DNA from: Geosiphon pyriformis uo1
Lineage: Eukaryota; Fungi; Glomeromycota
DNA: 64,000 nt
Reading direction: 5' to 3'
Assembly (NCBI GenBank): GCA_016748015.1
Contig: JAAOMT010000557.1
Span: 295,548-359,547, forward strand
The position numbers and the translations under genes were made by a program. Positions 38,205-51,295 of this stretch are shown in pieces. The notes beneath the pieces are model-generated. The model saw nothing but the letters and a program-made list of their open reading frames with translations. It ran no database searches and was not told the origin of the DNA. How positions within the stretch are numbered: the stretch's first letter is position 1; the number at the start of each line of letters is the position of its first letter.

Positions 38205-39857
38205 ATGGAAAACAAAGAAATTAAAAGAAGTCTTCTGAGGGCTCATGATTGCAACGAGTGTGAAGTGTGTCAGAGAAACAAAAATAAAAATGTGTGTCCT
38301 GAATGCCAGTTCATATTTTTTGAAAAACTTTATTGCGACTTTTCAAGCGGCAACAAAGAATTTGATAAAATAATTAAAAATCCAGTTTATAGTAAATATC
38401 GTTTGAGTTACTATGAATGGATTCCATGGGGGCGTTTGTCGAATATCAAGGAAATTGGTAGAGGAGGATTCAGTATAATTTATAAAGCAACATGGGTTGA
38501 TGGATTAATTGCAACCTGGACAATAAAACATCATGGTAAATTGGAATATGAAAGAGAAGGAATAGATAAAGAGGTAGCAATAAAAATTATCCCAGCGAAC
38601 AGTTCCGAAGCGTTTAAAGAGGTAAACAAAGTATCATCATTTATATTTATATTAATTCATATTTACCCATTATTTATTTTACTCGATATTATTGTTTATT
38701 TATTTATATTATCTATTATTTATTCTATTTATTACATCATCTATTTAACATTTTTTACACTGTTGATAGTTTGCTGAGAAGGGTAGATACTTGGAAAATA
38801 TCTCTAGAATATTGGGGATTACGCAAAACACTGAAACACTCGAGTATGGAATTGTGATGGAGTTTACCGAACTTGGAGATATGCGAAAATATTTATCAAC
38901 AAATTTTTATTTGAAGAGTTGGTATGAAAAATTAGAAATCGTATGGGATATAGCTCATGGGCTTGCTACTATTCATTCTTCTGATATGGTTCATCGTGAC
39001 CTACACTCGGGCAACATCCTACAATTATGTACCAGTTATGTAACTATTGGAGACCTCGGATTATGTCAACCAGTAAACAATGAAGCAACAACAACAGAGG
39101 AAAAAAAGATATATGGAGTGATTCCATACATTCCACCAGAAGTTTTAAGAGGAGAAAAGTTTACTTCGGCTGGTGATATTTATAGTTTTTCCATGTTATT
39201 ATGGGAATTAGCAACAGGAAAGCCTCCTTTTCATGATCGTTCTCATGATCACTCTCTCGTGATGGATATCCTTTATAATGGTATTAGACCTGAGATTACC
39301 TCTCCACTTATTCCACCTTGTTACGCTGAACTCATTGAAAAGTGTTGGGATGTTAATCCTGAGAATCGTCCTACTGCGGAAGAACTTGAAGACAAGTTTT
39401 GGGAATTTTCGAACATTTATAGCCAGTATTTCGGCAAGGATACTACAGATGAAGATGAGTCTACAGATGAAAAGTCAACGATAGAAGAGTTTACATATCA
39501 AGAGGCTAAAACTGTGGCTCTCCAGTTTTCAAAATCTAATGGTCACTTAGAAGCAATGGCAGAAGGCAGTAACGTGAGAAGAAATTACTTAATGACAACT
39601 CCCATTCATCCAGGAGCGGTTTATATAAGTCGTCTTTTAACTTTGCAAATGATTAAAGAAACAAAAGGTTAGTTTATCAATTTTTATATTGATTATTTCT
39701 TTGATTTAATTTACATTAAATTACTTTACTATTTTAAAAGAATTCGTGTTTCTCCCTAAAGGTAAGAAGTTAAAAAAAGATTAAATATGAATTTATGGAT
39801 ATGCTATTTTTTAACAGTTATTTATTTTGTTATATAACATATTTAGACAAGTCTTAA
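38205..39857 (+). CDS. TKL-type Ser/Thr/Tyr protein kinase, intact motifs
   Basis: IGRGGFS, VAIK, intron 38622-38769, HRDLHSGNIL, IGDLGL, YGVIPYIPPE, IHPGAVYISRLL tail. Ends at 39672 if unspliced, or at 39857 via two tiny exons (39741-39761, 39847-39857). Confidence 0.92.
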
Positions 39858-41358
39858 TAAACCTAATCGTGATTGGTTATCTTAATTTCCCATTTGTAAT
39901 AATCATGTTAAAACTCTAATAATATTAATTTTATCACAGTGGATTTTTTCATAAATGGTATGTTCTAAATAATGTAAGGTGCGATTTATAATTTATCGAA
40001 CCAATGGGTAGAATGCTAAATGTTTTTTTGCATGTCTCCATATAAATAAATTTAAATATACCTCTTTAAAGAGTTTATTACTATTCTGCAAAGATGTCTT
40101 AATAAATTTTATTAGTACTTTGAATTAATTTTGTTTCTTTATATTTCATTTTACTATGATGTTTCATGCTATCTAAATTAATTAATCCATCAATGTGTGT
40201 TGCTTTATTAAATGTACCGGATCCTTCTCTAGCTATTTTATTAATATTCTTCATGGAATCCAAAAATAATAAAAACCTTTAATATAATAGTTATTATTTT
40301 ATTATTAATCATTCAATAATTTCATATTATTTATTATAATCCTAGTGATTAAAAAATATTCATAAATTTTTTAAATTTTATTTTCATAGTATATCTTTTA
40401 TTGACATGCATTATCTTAATATAAAAAAAATACCATTATTAAATTTTTTTTAAACGAAGTTGGTTTTGGATTTCCTGTTTAAAATCCTATTATTAGTATT
40501 TTAAAAATATATTTTATTGTAAATCAAATCAAATAAAGTTTTTAAATAAAATATTTATAAAATATGATTTTTTAAAAAAAAAACCTATTTAAAAACCTTA
40601 TTTTAACCTACATTTAAATTGTTATATAACTTTTTAATAAATATAATAAAAATATTCTTTAAATACCTAAAGTAGTTTTTAAAATTTTATAATGTATTAT
40701 ACACTACTCAGAAAAAAGTCATGAAATACTTTACATTTTTATTATTTTATGTCACAAAAATAATAAAAATAGTTTTGAAATTTTATTTATAGATATATAT
40801 AATAAGTATTTATTAATATTATGAAATTTATTAAAAATTATAATTAATAATCAAAACAAAAAAGATAATTTAATTATATTTATTTTGTACTTTTTGAGAT
40901 CAATGAAAAAATTTATAAAAATTTTTATTAATTATAATAGATTTTCAAATACTTAAAGTTAAAAGAAATATTTATATGTAAAATATCAACACAACTCAAT
41001 TATTCTAAATTAATTATTCAAAATATATTTTCTTATTATAAAAAAATTAATAATATTTAAAGTAATAAAACTTTTTTTCTTAAAAAATAGTACTCTTCAA
41101 GAAATTCAGATTTTTTATTAAGACTAAAGTTTCAACCAAAAAAATTAGCATTTTCTTATACAAGCTTGCATTAATTTAAACACAATAAGAAAACTAACTT
41201 AATAAAAAATTCAAGATTAAAAAAACTTATTTAGAGTAATAAATCAAGATTTTGTCTTTTTTTAATAATAAAGCTTAAAGAGTATAAAAAGAAGATAGAA
41301 CGCAATTTAATCAGAAAAATTTAGTACCTTCTGTAAAACATAGTGAAAAAAAATTATA

Positions 41359-41625
41359 ATATAGCGATGTTTTTGTAAAACTGAATTGGGTCTCTTAATT
41401 TTAATAAAAAGAACATTATATTAATTTGAATATATTAAATTATCAAAAAACTATTTATTGCCATGAATTCAATACAAATTTAATTATTACCATTTTTTTT
41501 TAATCAGATAATGTTTCTGCTCATATTCCTCAAGATTTTAAAACTTGAATAAATCAAAAACATTTCAATTTACTTTTCAAAAGACTAGCACAATCTTTTT
41601 GATCTTGATCTTATTGAATATTGAC
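41359..41625 (+). mobile_element. Highly decayed Tc1-family DDE transposase fragment
   Basis: I*RCF (for IWGCF), GSL (GPL), SDNVSAH (QDNAPAH) and LAQSF-DLDLIE (PAQSPDLNPIE) in the right order, with about 35 codons from D to E. Changes are mostly C>T/G>A. Confidence 0.55.
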
Positions 41626-43121
41626 TAATCATGCAATATTTTACCAATAAAATGGGATTGACAGAAAAAACTGCTGATAACTTATATTGTTTAATTTGCA
41701 TTTAATTCAGCACATAATAAATTTCACTTTTAATCAATATGTTAAATAATGGTATTAATAAATCATTTTAAAAAAAATACTACATAATTAAAAATAGATC
41801 AATCAATATCGTAAGCGAAGAATTTAAAGCTTAGTATAAAATATTTATAATTACAAAAAAATAAAATTTAAGTTATAATATGTTTTTTTTGGCTAGTTAA
41901 TTATAAATAATAGATTTATTTTTTAGATTTATAATTAATAATGTTATTAAAAAACAAATTTTTAAAATAAATATTTTAAAGAGATTGATTTGCAAATTTT
42001 ATAATCAGAAACAGAAAGTTTTTATCATAAATAATTTTTAAGTTTGATTAAACAATATAATTAAAATATATATTTTTCAAAAATCTTAACAATAATTTCT
42101 TTTGTGGTGTAATTATGAAAAAATATATTAATATATAAAAATTAGCCTCAACAAAAAAAAATTGATACATAAATATTTTTCAAATCAAAATTGTCAAAAA
42201 TCACTATATTTAGATGCATTTATTATTATAGACCGGATATTTATAGTACAGATGTGCTGTTTTGGAAGATTAAACAATATATCTTGTTTAACTTGTAAAA
42301 ATTATTTTCAACAGAATTTGATTGGATTAATATACCAAATAGAAGAGAAGTGTATTAAAATCTTAACGAATTTTAATTTTTTTTAAGATGCAATCGGTTT
42401 TGGTTTCAATAACAAATGAATAGGCAAAAAAAAACAATCTTAACAAATTTTAAAATTTTTTAAGATGCAATTGGTTTTGGCTTCAATAACAAATAACTAA
42501 GCAAAAAAAAACAATAAGTAATAAATCAATTCAAAAATTAGTTAAAAATTGAGCAATAAATTAACAGATAAAAAAAACATTAGATTTATTATTTTTTTTA
42601 GCAAGAATTATAAAACTAGATAAGAAAAAATTTAAATAAACAAATTTATAATTAAGAACATATTTTTTAAATATCTTACTAAAAATACTAAAACAAAAAT
42701 AAACAAAAAATTAATAAAATTTATTTATAATACTTTTAAACCAATAAATACAAATGAACACAATATAAACCAATAATTTAATTAAAAAAAGCATCGAAAA
42801 AGTTACAATAACCATCCATTAGAAATGAAAAAAGACAAAAACTCTATAATCTAATATTAAAATAAATTTGTTAAGAAAATAATATAGATTCTTATATTAA
42901 ATGATTGTAATGAAATTTTTAAGATAAAAGTTGGATATTTCAAGTTTAATTAATTTACTGCTTAACAATTAATAATTTGACTTTTTATTAAATGCCACCT
43001 TGTGGTATTTCAAAAGAGCTGATAATTTCGAATTATTTAAAGAATACATTCAAATTTAAGATAAATTATTGTTCGATTATTTGAAAATAAAAACCAATAA
43101 TTTGATTACAGAAAAGAATTA

Positions 43122-43240
43122 AAATTACGGCACCCAGTATTCCCGCGTGGTCCCCCACCGCAGTACTGACAGGGCCATTAGTGGCTTAACTTCGGAGATC
43201 GGACGGGTTCCGGTGCTTTTCACTGTGTATGGCCGTAATT
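43122..43240 (-). rRNA. 5S rRNA gene, single dispersed copy
   Basis: 119 nt: AATTACGGCCATAC...GCACCGGAACCCGTCCGATCTCCGAAGTTAAGC...AGTACTGCGGTGGGGGACCACGCGGGAATAC..GTGCCGTAATT. Perfect helix I pairing, box A/box C-like motifs, followed by T-runs. Confidence 0.97.
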
Positions 43241-44234
43241 AAAATTCCCTCAATTATTAGCTATTTGTTTTGGACTGATCGAAAACCTCCTAATATTTGC
43301 AAAAGATTAGAAAAAAACTACTTATTTAAAGATATTATATCAGTTAAATAATTTATCTTTTCAATATATTATTATTTTGCTAAACATAATTATTTGATAA
43401 GCTTCGTTCTGCTTTTTTCAAGATTATTCAACACACTCGAGTTTTGGTTTATTTTTCTGGTGACACTTAAAATTGTATTAAATTGCAATAGTGAGAGCAT
43501 TGATATTATATTGCTGTATGTTTACTCACTACTAATTTTTAGATAGTTTAAATATTGATAATTATTCTGTATATTATATAGCATACTATTTATATTCGTT
43601 CTCTAGTATACATCTTTCCCCTACTTTTAAATTCATCTATTGTTTTCTCTCTTATTCAATCGTATTAACTTTTCGAATACTCTTTGCTCTCTTTTTTGTA
43701 TCAAAACTTATCCGGTAGTTATTAATGTTATTAAAATATTATTGTAACCAGAGTAGAATTGTTTAAAATTATTTTTCCTAAACTGTGACATAGTTAGTTA
43801 CCAAGTCCTTTTTGTATTGGATTATCAATGTAAAATAGTGAGAAAAAAATCGCCGTAAAAATAAAGATTTTACTAAAGGTCAGACGCAACACCTATATCA
43901 ATCGAGCAAAATCAAACAAAAATAATGACCTTTAACAAATTCCATTTGTAAAATTGGCAATACTTTCGTCATAGGCATAGTGATATATAGTAAGTTGAAG
44001 AAAGAATAATGCGAGGCGTGGAGATTTGAGATGATAAATAATAAAAATAAAATTTTTGTGTCACACAATGTTATATAAATACTCAAAACGAAACACGAAT
44101 TCAAACACCACATCCTATTTACCACAATCTCAAATGTTAACAACACCAAATAAAAGAATGATAGAACATGAAAATGTCAAGCAGTAAGTTAAAATCAATT
44201 ATTATTTTTATATTAATTTTGGATATATTGAATC

Positions 44235-44952
44235 AATCCAATTGATATGCGCATTTGAAAAAAATCCATCTGAATTAGTGAAATTAATAGGAAAAAATTT
44301 TACTAATGAAATTTTTTCCTATCGAAGACGGGTACCCAGTATGTGAACAAAGTTTTTAGAAAAATACTTTAGAAATACATTAAGTGAAAGTTAATATATT
44401 TTTTAATTGAATAATTTTATTAAAATTATAGTAAAAACGGAAAAGATTTTAAGTTCACAATTCTAGAAGAAATAAAAGGAGTAAACAAAAGTAAATTTAG
44501 ATTAAACTGTGAAAAAATATTGATGAATTTGTTAGTTTTAAATTATATTTAAGCATAAAAAAAACATATTTTTAACAAATATTTAACGTTTCTAAAGTTA
44601 TAATTCAGTTGATTTATTTCCCAGACCTTCAAGAAGGATTGGAGAAAAAAAATTTACCATAAATCATATAGTTTCTTTCAATTTTTATGAAACAACATTT
44701 AGAACCTTGAAATTTGACTGGATAAAAGTGCATATACAGTTAGCTGATTTTGAAATTGTATCAGTTGATATTAAAGGTATTCATTAAATTAAAAATTGTA
44801 ATTATTTTTATAATTGGCTATTAATTTTAATTTTATTTTAATAAAAAAATGGAGTTTGGCATAGAGATAACAAGGAAATATGGCATCTGGAGGTTTTAGG
44901 ACCACCAAGTAATCCTACAACTTGTCATATGGTGAATGATGGTTCTTTATAG
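44235..44952 (+). pseudogene. Decayed gene, possibly Crinkler-type REase-fold C-terminal domain, cut off by the inverted-repeat arm
   Basis: Coding-like fragments with stops, ending GVWHRDNKEIWHLEVLGPPSNPTTCHMVND (similar to the LEV.GPP...H...D motif of glomeromycete nuclease-fold families, from memory) directly before the repeat. Confidence 0.35.
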
Positions 44953-44957
44953 CTTTC

Positions 44958-47130
44958 AAGGACTTTTGCTGTAAATAAGTCATCTATAAAAAAAAGACAT
45001 TTATATATGAGTATTGTCACATGATCAAGTTTGTATTTGCGATCATTTGAGAAGAAAAATGTGCACGCGACAAATCCAAGATAATTATAGAGGTAATCCA
45101 CAATTATTTTAAAGAATCGCCACAAATTCCTTCCGAAAAAATCTTTTTTTTTATTTTTATTTTTTAACGTTTTAACTTTTAAACAAGTACAATACCCAGT
45201 GAAACCCACCTTGTTAAAGTTACATAAAACGAAGAATGAGAGCGAGAGGATGGACAGGAAGGAAGAACGAAGGACTTTTGTTGTAAATAAGTCATCTATA
45301 AAAAAAGACATTTATATATGAGTATTGTCACATGATCAAGTTTGTATTTGCGATTATTTAAGAAGAAAAATGTGCACGCGACAAATTCAAAATAATTATA
45401 GAGGTAATCACCAATTATCTTAAAGAATCGCCACAAATTCCTTCAGAAAAAATCTTTTTTTTTAATTTTTAATTTTTTTAATTTTTTAATTTTTTAACGT
45501 TTTAACTTTTAAACAACAATACCCAGTGAAACCCACCTTGTAAAAGTTACATAGTAACGACAAGAGAGCGAGAGGAAAGACTGGAAGGAAAGACAGGAAG
45601 GAAAAACGAAAGACTTTTGTTGTTAATAAGTCATCTATAAATAAAAGACATTTATATATGAGTATTGTCACATGATCAAGTTTGTATTTGCGATCATTTA
45701 AGAAGAAAAATGTGCACGCGACAAGTTTAAGATGCTCATGGAGGTAATCCACAAATATCTCAAAAAATCGCCACAAACTCCTTCAGAAAAAAATTTTTTT
45801 TTTATTTTTTACTTTTTTTTACTTTTTTTTATTTTTTATTTTTTTTATATTTTAACGTTTTAACTTTTAAACAAGTACAATACCCAGTGTAACCCACCTT
45901 GTAAAAGTTACATAGGAACGAAGAGAGAGAGCGAGAGGAAGGACAGAAAGGAAAGACAGGAAGGAAGAACGAAGGACTTTTGTTGCTAATAAGTCATCTA
46001 TAAAAAAAGACATTTATTTATGAGTATTGTCACATGATCAAGTTTGTATTTGCGATCATTTAAGAAGAAAAATGTGCACGCGACAAGTTTAAGATGCTCA
46101 TGGAGGTAATCCACAAATATCTCAAAAAATCGCCACAAACTCCTTCCGAAAAATTTTTTTTTATTTTTTTACTTTTTTATATTTTTTAACGTTTTAACTT
46201 TTAAACAAGTACAATATCCAGCGAAACACACCTTATATAGGAACGAAGAAAGAGAGAATGATAGGAAGAGAGAAGGACAGGAAAAAAGAAAAGAAGAGAG
46301 AAAGGGAGAAAGAGGGAACGAAAAAAAGGAAGTGAAAGAATGAAGAAAGGGAAGCGATACAGGAAGGGACGCAATAATGGAAAGGAAGGGAAGTGATAAA
46401 GGAAGGAAAAGAAGTGATAAAGAAAGGAAGGGAAACGAAGTGATTAAAAAATGAAGAGAAGCAATAAATGGAAGTAATGGAAGCGATAAAGAAATAAAGG
46501 CTGTTTTTATATAAAAATCTTTTTCAAATTATTAGGTTATTTTTTATAAACATAGTCCTCTATTGGGAATTATGTAATTTTAGAGCAGCAGCTCATCTTT
46601 ACCCAAAAAGGATTTATAAAATCGTGTTTTTTTGATCTGATTAATTATAGGAACTTTAATTATTATTATTAATCACTAATTTTTTTTAAGAGCAAAGATA
46701 AAGTGGAAGATAGAAAATGTCAATCAAGATCTATCTCACGCTAGCGGCGCTAAGTTCACAAATCTAGCTGCGCGTAAAGCACAAACTCGGAGCCCTTGAA
46801 ATTTTTCTGGGTGAGGAATCTTTTTAGACATTTCCCTGCCATATCCCTGTTATCATCATTATTGTTCTGAATCTTAATAACAGAACTCATGTGTTAATGT
46901 TTGTAAGTATGGAGGGTATTATAGTAGGGAAATACTATAGGCAGTACTTCTAAAAGTGGTTGGTGTTATGGTTCTTTTTTTTCTTCGAAACGAAATAGAA
47001 ACTGATAATATCTGAAAATTCTGGTAATTTTATTGTATGATAAAGAGGACTGGGTTTTAAGAATAAGTTCGATCAAGCCTTTTAAAAAAAAGAATACGAT
47101 ATAATTTACCGAAATAATTTAGGTTTTTTG
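44958..47130 (+). repeat. Repeat arm 1: four tandem subrepeats, purine tract and non-repetitive inner domain
   Basis: Anchor AATAAGTCATCTATA at 44974, 45286, 45625, 45988 (periods 312, 339, 363 bp). GGAA/GAA tract ~46240-46500. Inner domain to ~47130. Confidence 0.92.
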
Positions 47131-49437
47131 TCACCAAAATATTTCAAGTATACATAAGAGAGCAATTATAATTGTCTTAAAATTAAATAAAATGATAATT
47201 ATAATATGTTAAAATATAATGTTAAGCTCTTTGTTGATGTTTTTAAAAAAAGCTAAAAAATTTCAATTTAATTCGATAATAATTTATATTGACAACTCAT
47301 ATTAACCAAAAACAAGCAGAATCTGTTTTGGTACATAAATATTTTTCAAGTATTCAATGCAAATTTTAAACCAAAAATGCTCAAAACTTTCAGATTCTAA
47401 TTTTTTTTATTTCCTAAACATAATCAAACCTTTTTTGGTTAAAACTAGTCTGTATATATATATTAAAATTTTAAAATAGACAAATAAATCTGTTAAAAAA
47501 CAGTTTTTTAACAGCTTTGAAATTGGCATATAATCAAATATTGTGAATAAAATCTAGAAATAGATCATATTTTAATAACAGATTACTTATTTTAGCCAAT
47601 TAACTTAAAATAAAATTTGTGTTCAATTTTACTAAGATTATTAGTAAATTGTTAAATATAAATTTATTTGTAATTTTATAGTTTTATTCAAAAAAATTGT
47701 TTATTATATTTAAACTATTAATTTAAGTTAACACATTAATAAACGACAGTAATAAAAACTTTTTAGCAAATTAAACTTGTTTTTAATCAAGTATTTTATT
47801 ATTATATCTTAATTTCTTTCTAGTTTTTAACATTAAAATTAATTATTAACTTAATTATTCACTTAATTATTAACCAAATTATTGACTTATTTATTAATTT
47901 GTTTTATTTGTTTTTTGATTAAAACTGTAAAAATATTCATTTACATTAAAAAACTAATTTACATTTTAATATTTCTATTAAATACTTTTTTTTGGATCAA
48001 AACATTTAAAAATTTAAAATTAAAAACTTTTTTTTATAATTTATATTGAATTATTAAATAAGCTTTATTAAAAAGAATTAATAACTGTTATTAAAATTTA
48101 ATAACGTTATATAAAACATGAAATTATAATCGCTATATTATTTTTTTTATAAATAATTATAATTTATTCTTCTATTTTCAGATTTTTTATAAAAATTAAT
48201 AATTGTTATTTTGAGATTTTTATATTTTAATCAAATTTTTTATTTATTTGAATTGCTTCTTTGTCAAAATCTTCCTTGTTATTTCTATTATTATTATTAT
48301 TAACTATTTACTTTGCTATTTATTAATGTATTATTTTAATCTGTCTTGATATAAAGCTAATTTGCGTTTTTGTATTTTACAATAAGCAACAAAATAGCCA
48401 AAATTTAATAATATACTTGTTTATTTAATATTATTTTTTGCTTAATTTATTTATAAAAAACTGCATACATTCTCAGTTGAAGGCATAATTTCCATGCAAT
48501 TAGAAGTTTAGCAATCTCAATTTATATATAAAACAGATATAAATTTTTTGGCATTAATAAATAGCACTTTTTTTTATTATTGATAACTATAGTATTAATA
48601 TTAAAATATTTTACCTATTAAGTTCAAGAATATTATTGTACAAAACTCATACTGTGTTGTTCACAAAGCACTAATAATTAAAACCATTAATATTTGTCAA
48701 TTTTGTTTTTATTCTTTTTAAAATCTTCAAAAGGTTTATTAATTACTTTATAATTCAAAGTATTTTCATTTTTTTTAATATTACGAAACTAAAATTATAA
48801 AGTATTTGTCAAAATTTACATGAATAAAATTTATTGTACACTACATAATTATTTATAAAGCCAAAATCAGTCAAAATATTTAGTTTTTTTCATTGTACAC
48901 ACTTTTATTTTTTAACTAAAACTAACCCATAAAACCAGATATTTTTTTTTATATTTATAAAATCAACCAAACTTTTATGGTTTTTTTCAATTTCTCAACA
49001 TTTGGTACTTTACACAAACTAAAAAATTCGAATAATTAAAATTCTTAACAGTTTTAATCAAAAAAATTAGTTTTATATTGGGAAAATTACTGTACTAATT
49101 TGAAAGTTAAAAAATCATTGAAAGTAATGTTTTTTTTTAAGCATCTGCATGTTTTTTAGTAACAAACGATCATTTTTTAAAAGTTAATTTATTTAATCAC
49201 TTGTTTTGGTTTCGAGAAATGGTTGAAATTTGCATGATAATGAATAAATTTAAATTGATTATAATAGAATGAGTAAATAAAAAAAAAGGCATAATATAAT
49301 TTTCAAGTCAATCAACGATGACAAAAATTACGAGTTATAAATTCTTTTCCCAGAAATATTTTTAGAGAATCTCACTTTTGATCATTTTAGTAAAGATTTT
49401 AAAGTAAATGTCACAAAAAATATTTCTATATATTTTT

Positions 49438-51295
49438 ACAAAGAAACTAAATTATTTCGGTAAATTATGCCGTAATCTTTTATAAAAAATGCTTGATCTA
49501 ACTTATCAGTTTCTATTTCGTTTCGAGAAAAAAAAGAACCATAACACCAGCCACTTTAAGCAGCACTGTTTATAGTATCTTCCTACTATAATACCCTCCA
49601 TACTTACAAACATTGACACATGAGTTCTGTAATTAAGATTCAGAACAATATTGATGATAACAGGGATATGGCAGGGAGATAACAAAAAATATTCCTCGCC
49701 AAGGAAAATTTTAGGGGCTCCGAGTTTGTGCTTTACGCCCAGGTAGTTTTGTGAAATTAGCGCCGCTAGCGTGAGATAGATCTTGATAGACATTTTCTAT
49801 CTTCAACTTTATCTTTGTTCTTAAAAAAATTAGTGATTAATAATAATAATTAAAGATCCTGTAATCAATCAGAAACATTTTTAATCAAAACAACACGATA
49901 TTATAAATCCTTTTTTGGTAAAGATGAGCTGCTGTTCTAAAATCACATAATTTTAAATGGAGGGCTATGTTTATAAAAAAAAAACTAATAATTTAAAAAG
50001 ATTTTGATATAAAAACAGCCTTTATTTCATTATCGCTTCCATTACCTCCCTTTATTGCTTCTCTTCATTTTTAATCGCTTCGTTTCCCTTCCTTTATCAC
50101 TTCCTTTCGCTTCCTTTATCACTTGCTTTATTACTTCCCTTCTTCTCCTTTATTGCGTCCCTTCCTGTATCGCTTCCTTTTCTTCATTCTTTCCCTTCCT
50201 TTTTTCGTTCCCTTTTTCTGCCTTTCTCTCTTTTCTTTTTTTCTGTACTTCTCTCTTCCTATTATTCTCTCTTTATTCGTTCCTATATAAAGTGAGTTTC
50301 GCTGGGTATTGTACTTGTTTAAAAGTTCAAACGTTAAAAAATAAAAAAAATAAAAAAAAAGATTTTTCCGGAAGGAGTTTGTGGCGATTTTTTGAGATAT
50401 TTGTGGATTACCTCTATAATAATCTTGGATTTGTCGCGTGCACATTTTTCTTCTTAAATGATCACAAATACAAACTTGATCATGTGACAATACTCATAAA
50501 TAAATGTCTTTTTTTAATAGATGACTTATTTACAACAAAAGTCCTTCGTTCTTCCTTCCTGTCTTTCCTTCCTGTCCTTCCTCTCGCGCTCTCTCTTCGT
50601 TTCTATGTAACTTTTACAAGGTGAGTTTCGCTGGGTATTGTGCTTGTTTAAAAGTTTAAACGTTAAAATATAATACAAATAAAAATATAAAAAATAAAAA
50701 AAAATAAAAAAAAGTAAAAAAATAAAAAAAAAAGATTTTTTCGGAAGGAATTTGTGGCGATTCTTTAAGATAATTTTGGATTACCTCTATAATTATCTTG
50801 GACTTGTCGCGTGCACATTTTTCTTCTCAAATAATCGCAAATACAAACTTGATCATGTGACAATACTCATAAATAAATGTCTTTTTTTAATAGATGACTT
50901 ATTTACAACAAAAGTCCTTCGTTCTTTCTTCCTGTCTTTCCTTCCTGTCCTTCCTCTCGCTCTCTCTCTTCGTTTCTATGTAACTTTTACAAGGTGGGTT
51001 TCGCTGGGTATTGTACTTGTTTAAAAGTTAAAACGTTAAAATATAAAAAAAATAAAAAAATAAAAAATCTTTTTTGAAGGAATTTGTGGCGATTCTTTAC
51101 GATAATTGTGGATCACCTCTATAATTATCTTTGATTTGTCGCGTGCACATTTTTCTTCTTAAATGATCACAAATACAAACTTGATCATGTGACAATACTC
51201 ATATATAAATGTCTTTTTTTTACATGACTTATTTACAACAAAAGTCCTTCGTTTTTCCTGTCCTTTCCCTCTCTCTCCGTTCTTATGTAAAATTT
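49438..51295 (-). repeat. Repeat arm 2: inverted copy of arm 1 with three subrepeats
   Basis: Reverse-complement match throughout. Anchors ATGACTTATT at 50521, 50894, 51224; pyrimidine tract ~50020-50280. Confidence 0.92.

Noticed and set aside
42358-42512. Two-copy ~75 bp tandem duplication (also a 29 bp doublet near 28306-28367)
   Set aside because: Ordinary local slippage duplications with no further structure.
44925-51024. ORFs 44925-45311, 45486-45776, 49506-49793, 50055-50624, 50131-50490 and 50752-51024 as a protein family
   Set aside because: They are translations of the subrepeats and purine/pyrimidine tracts. Frames break between copies through variable T-tracts.
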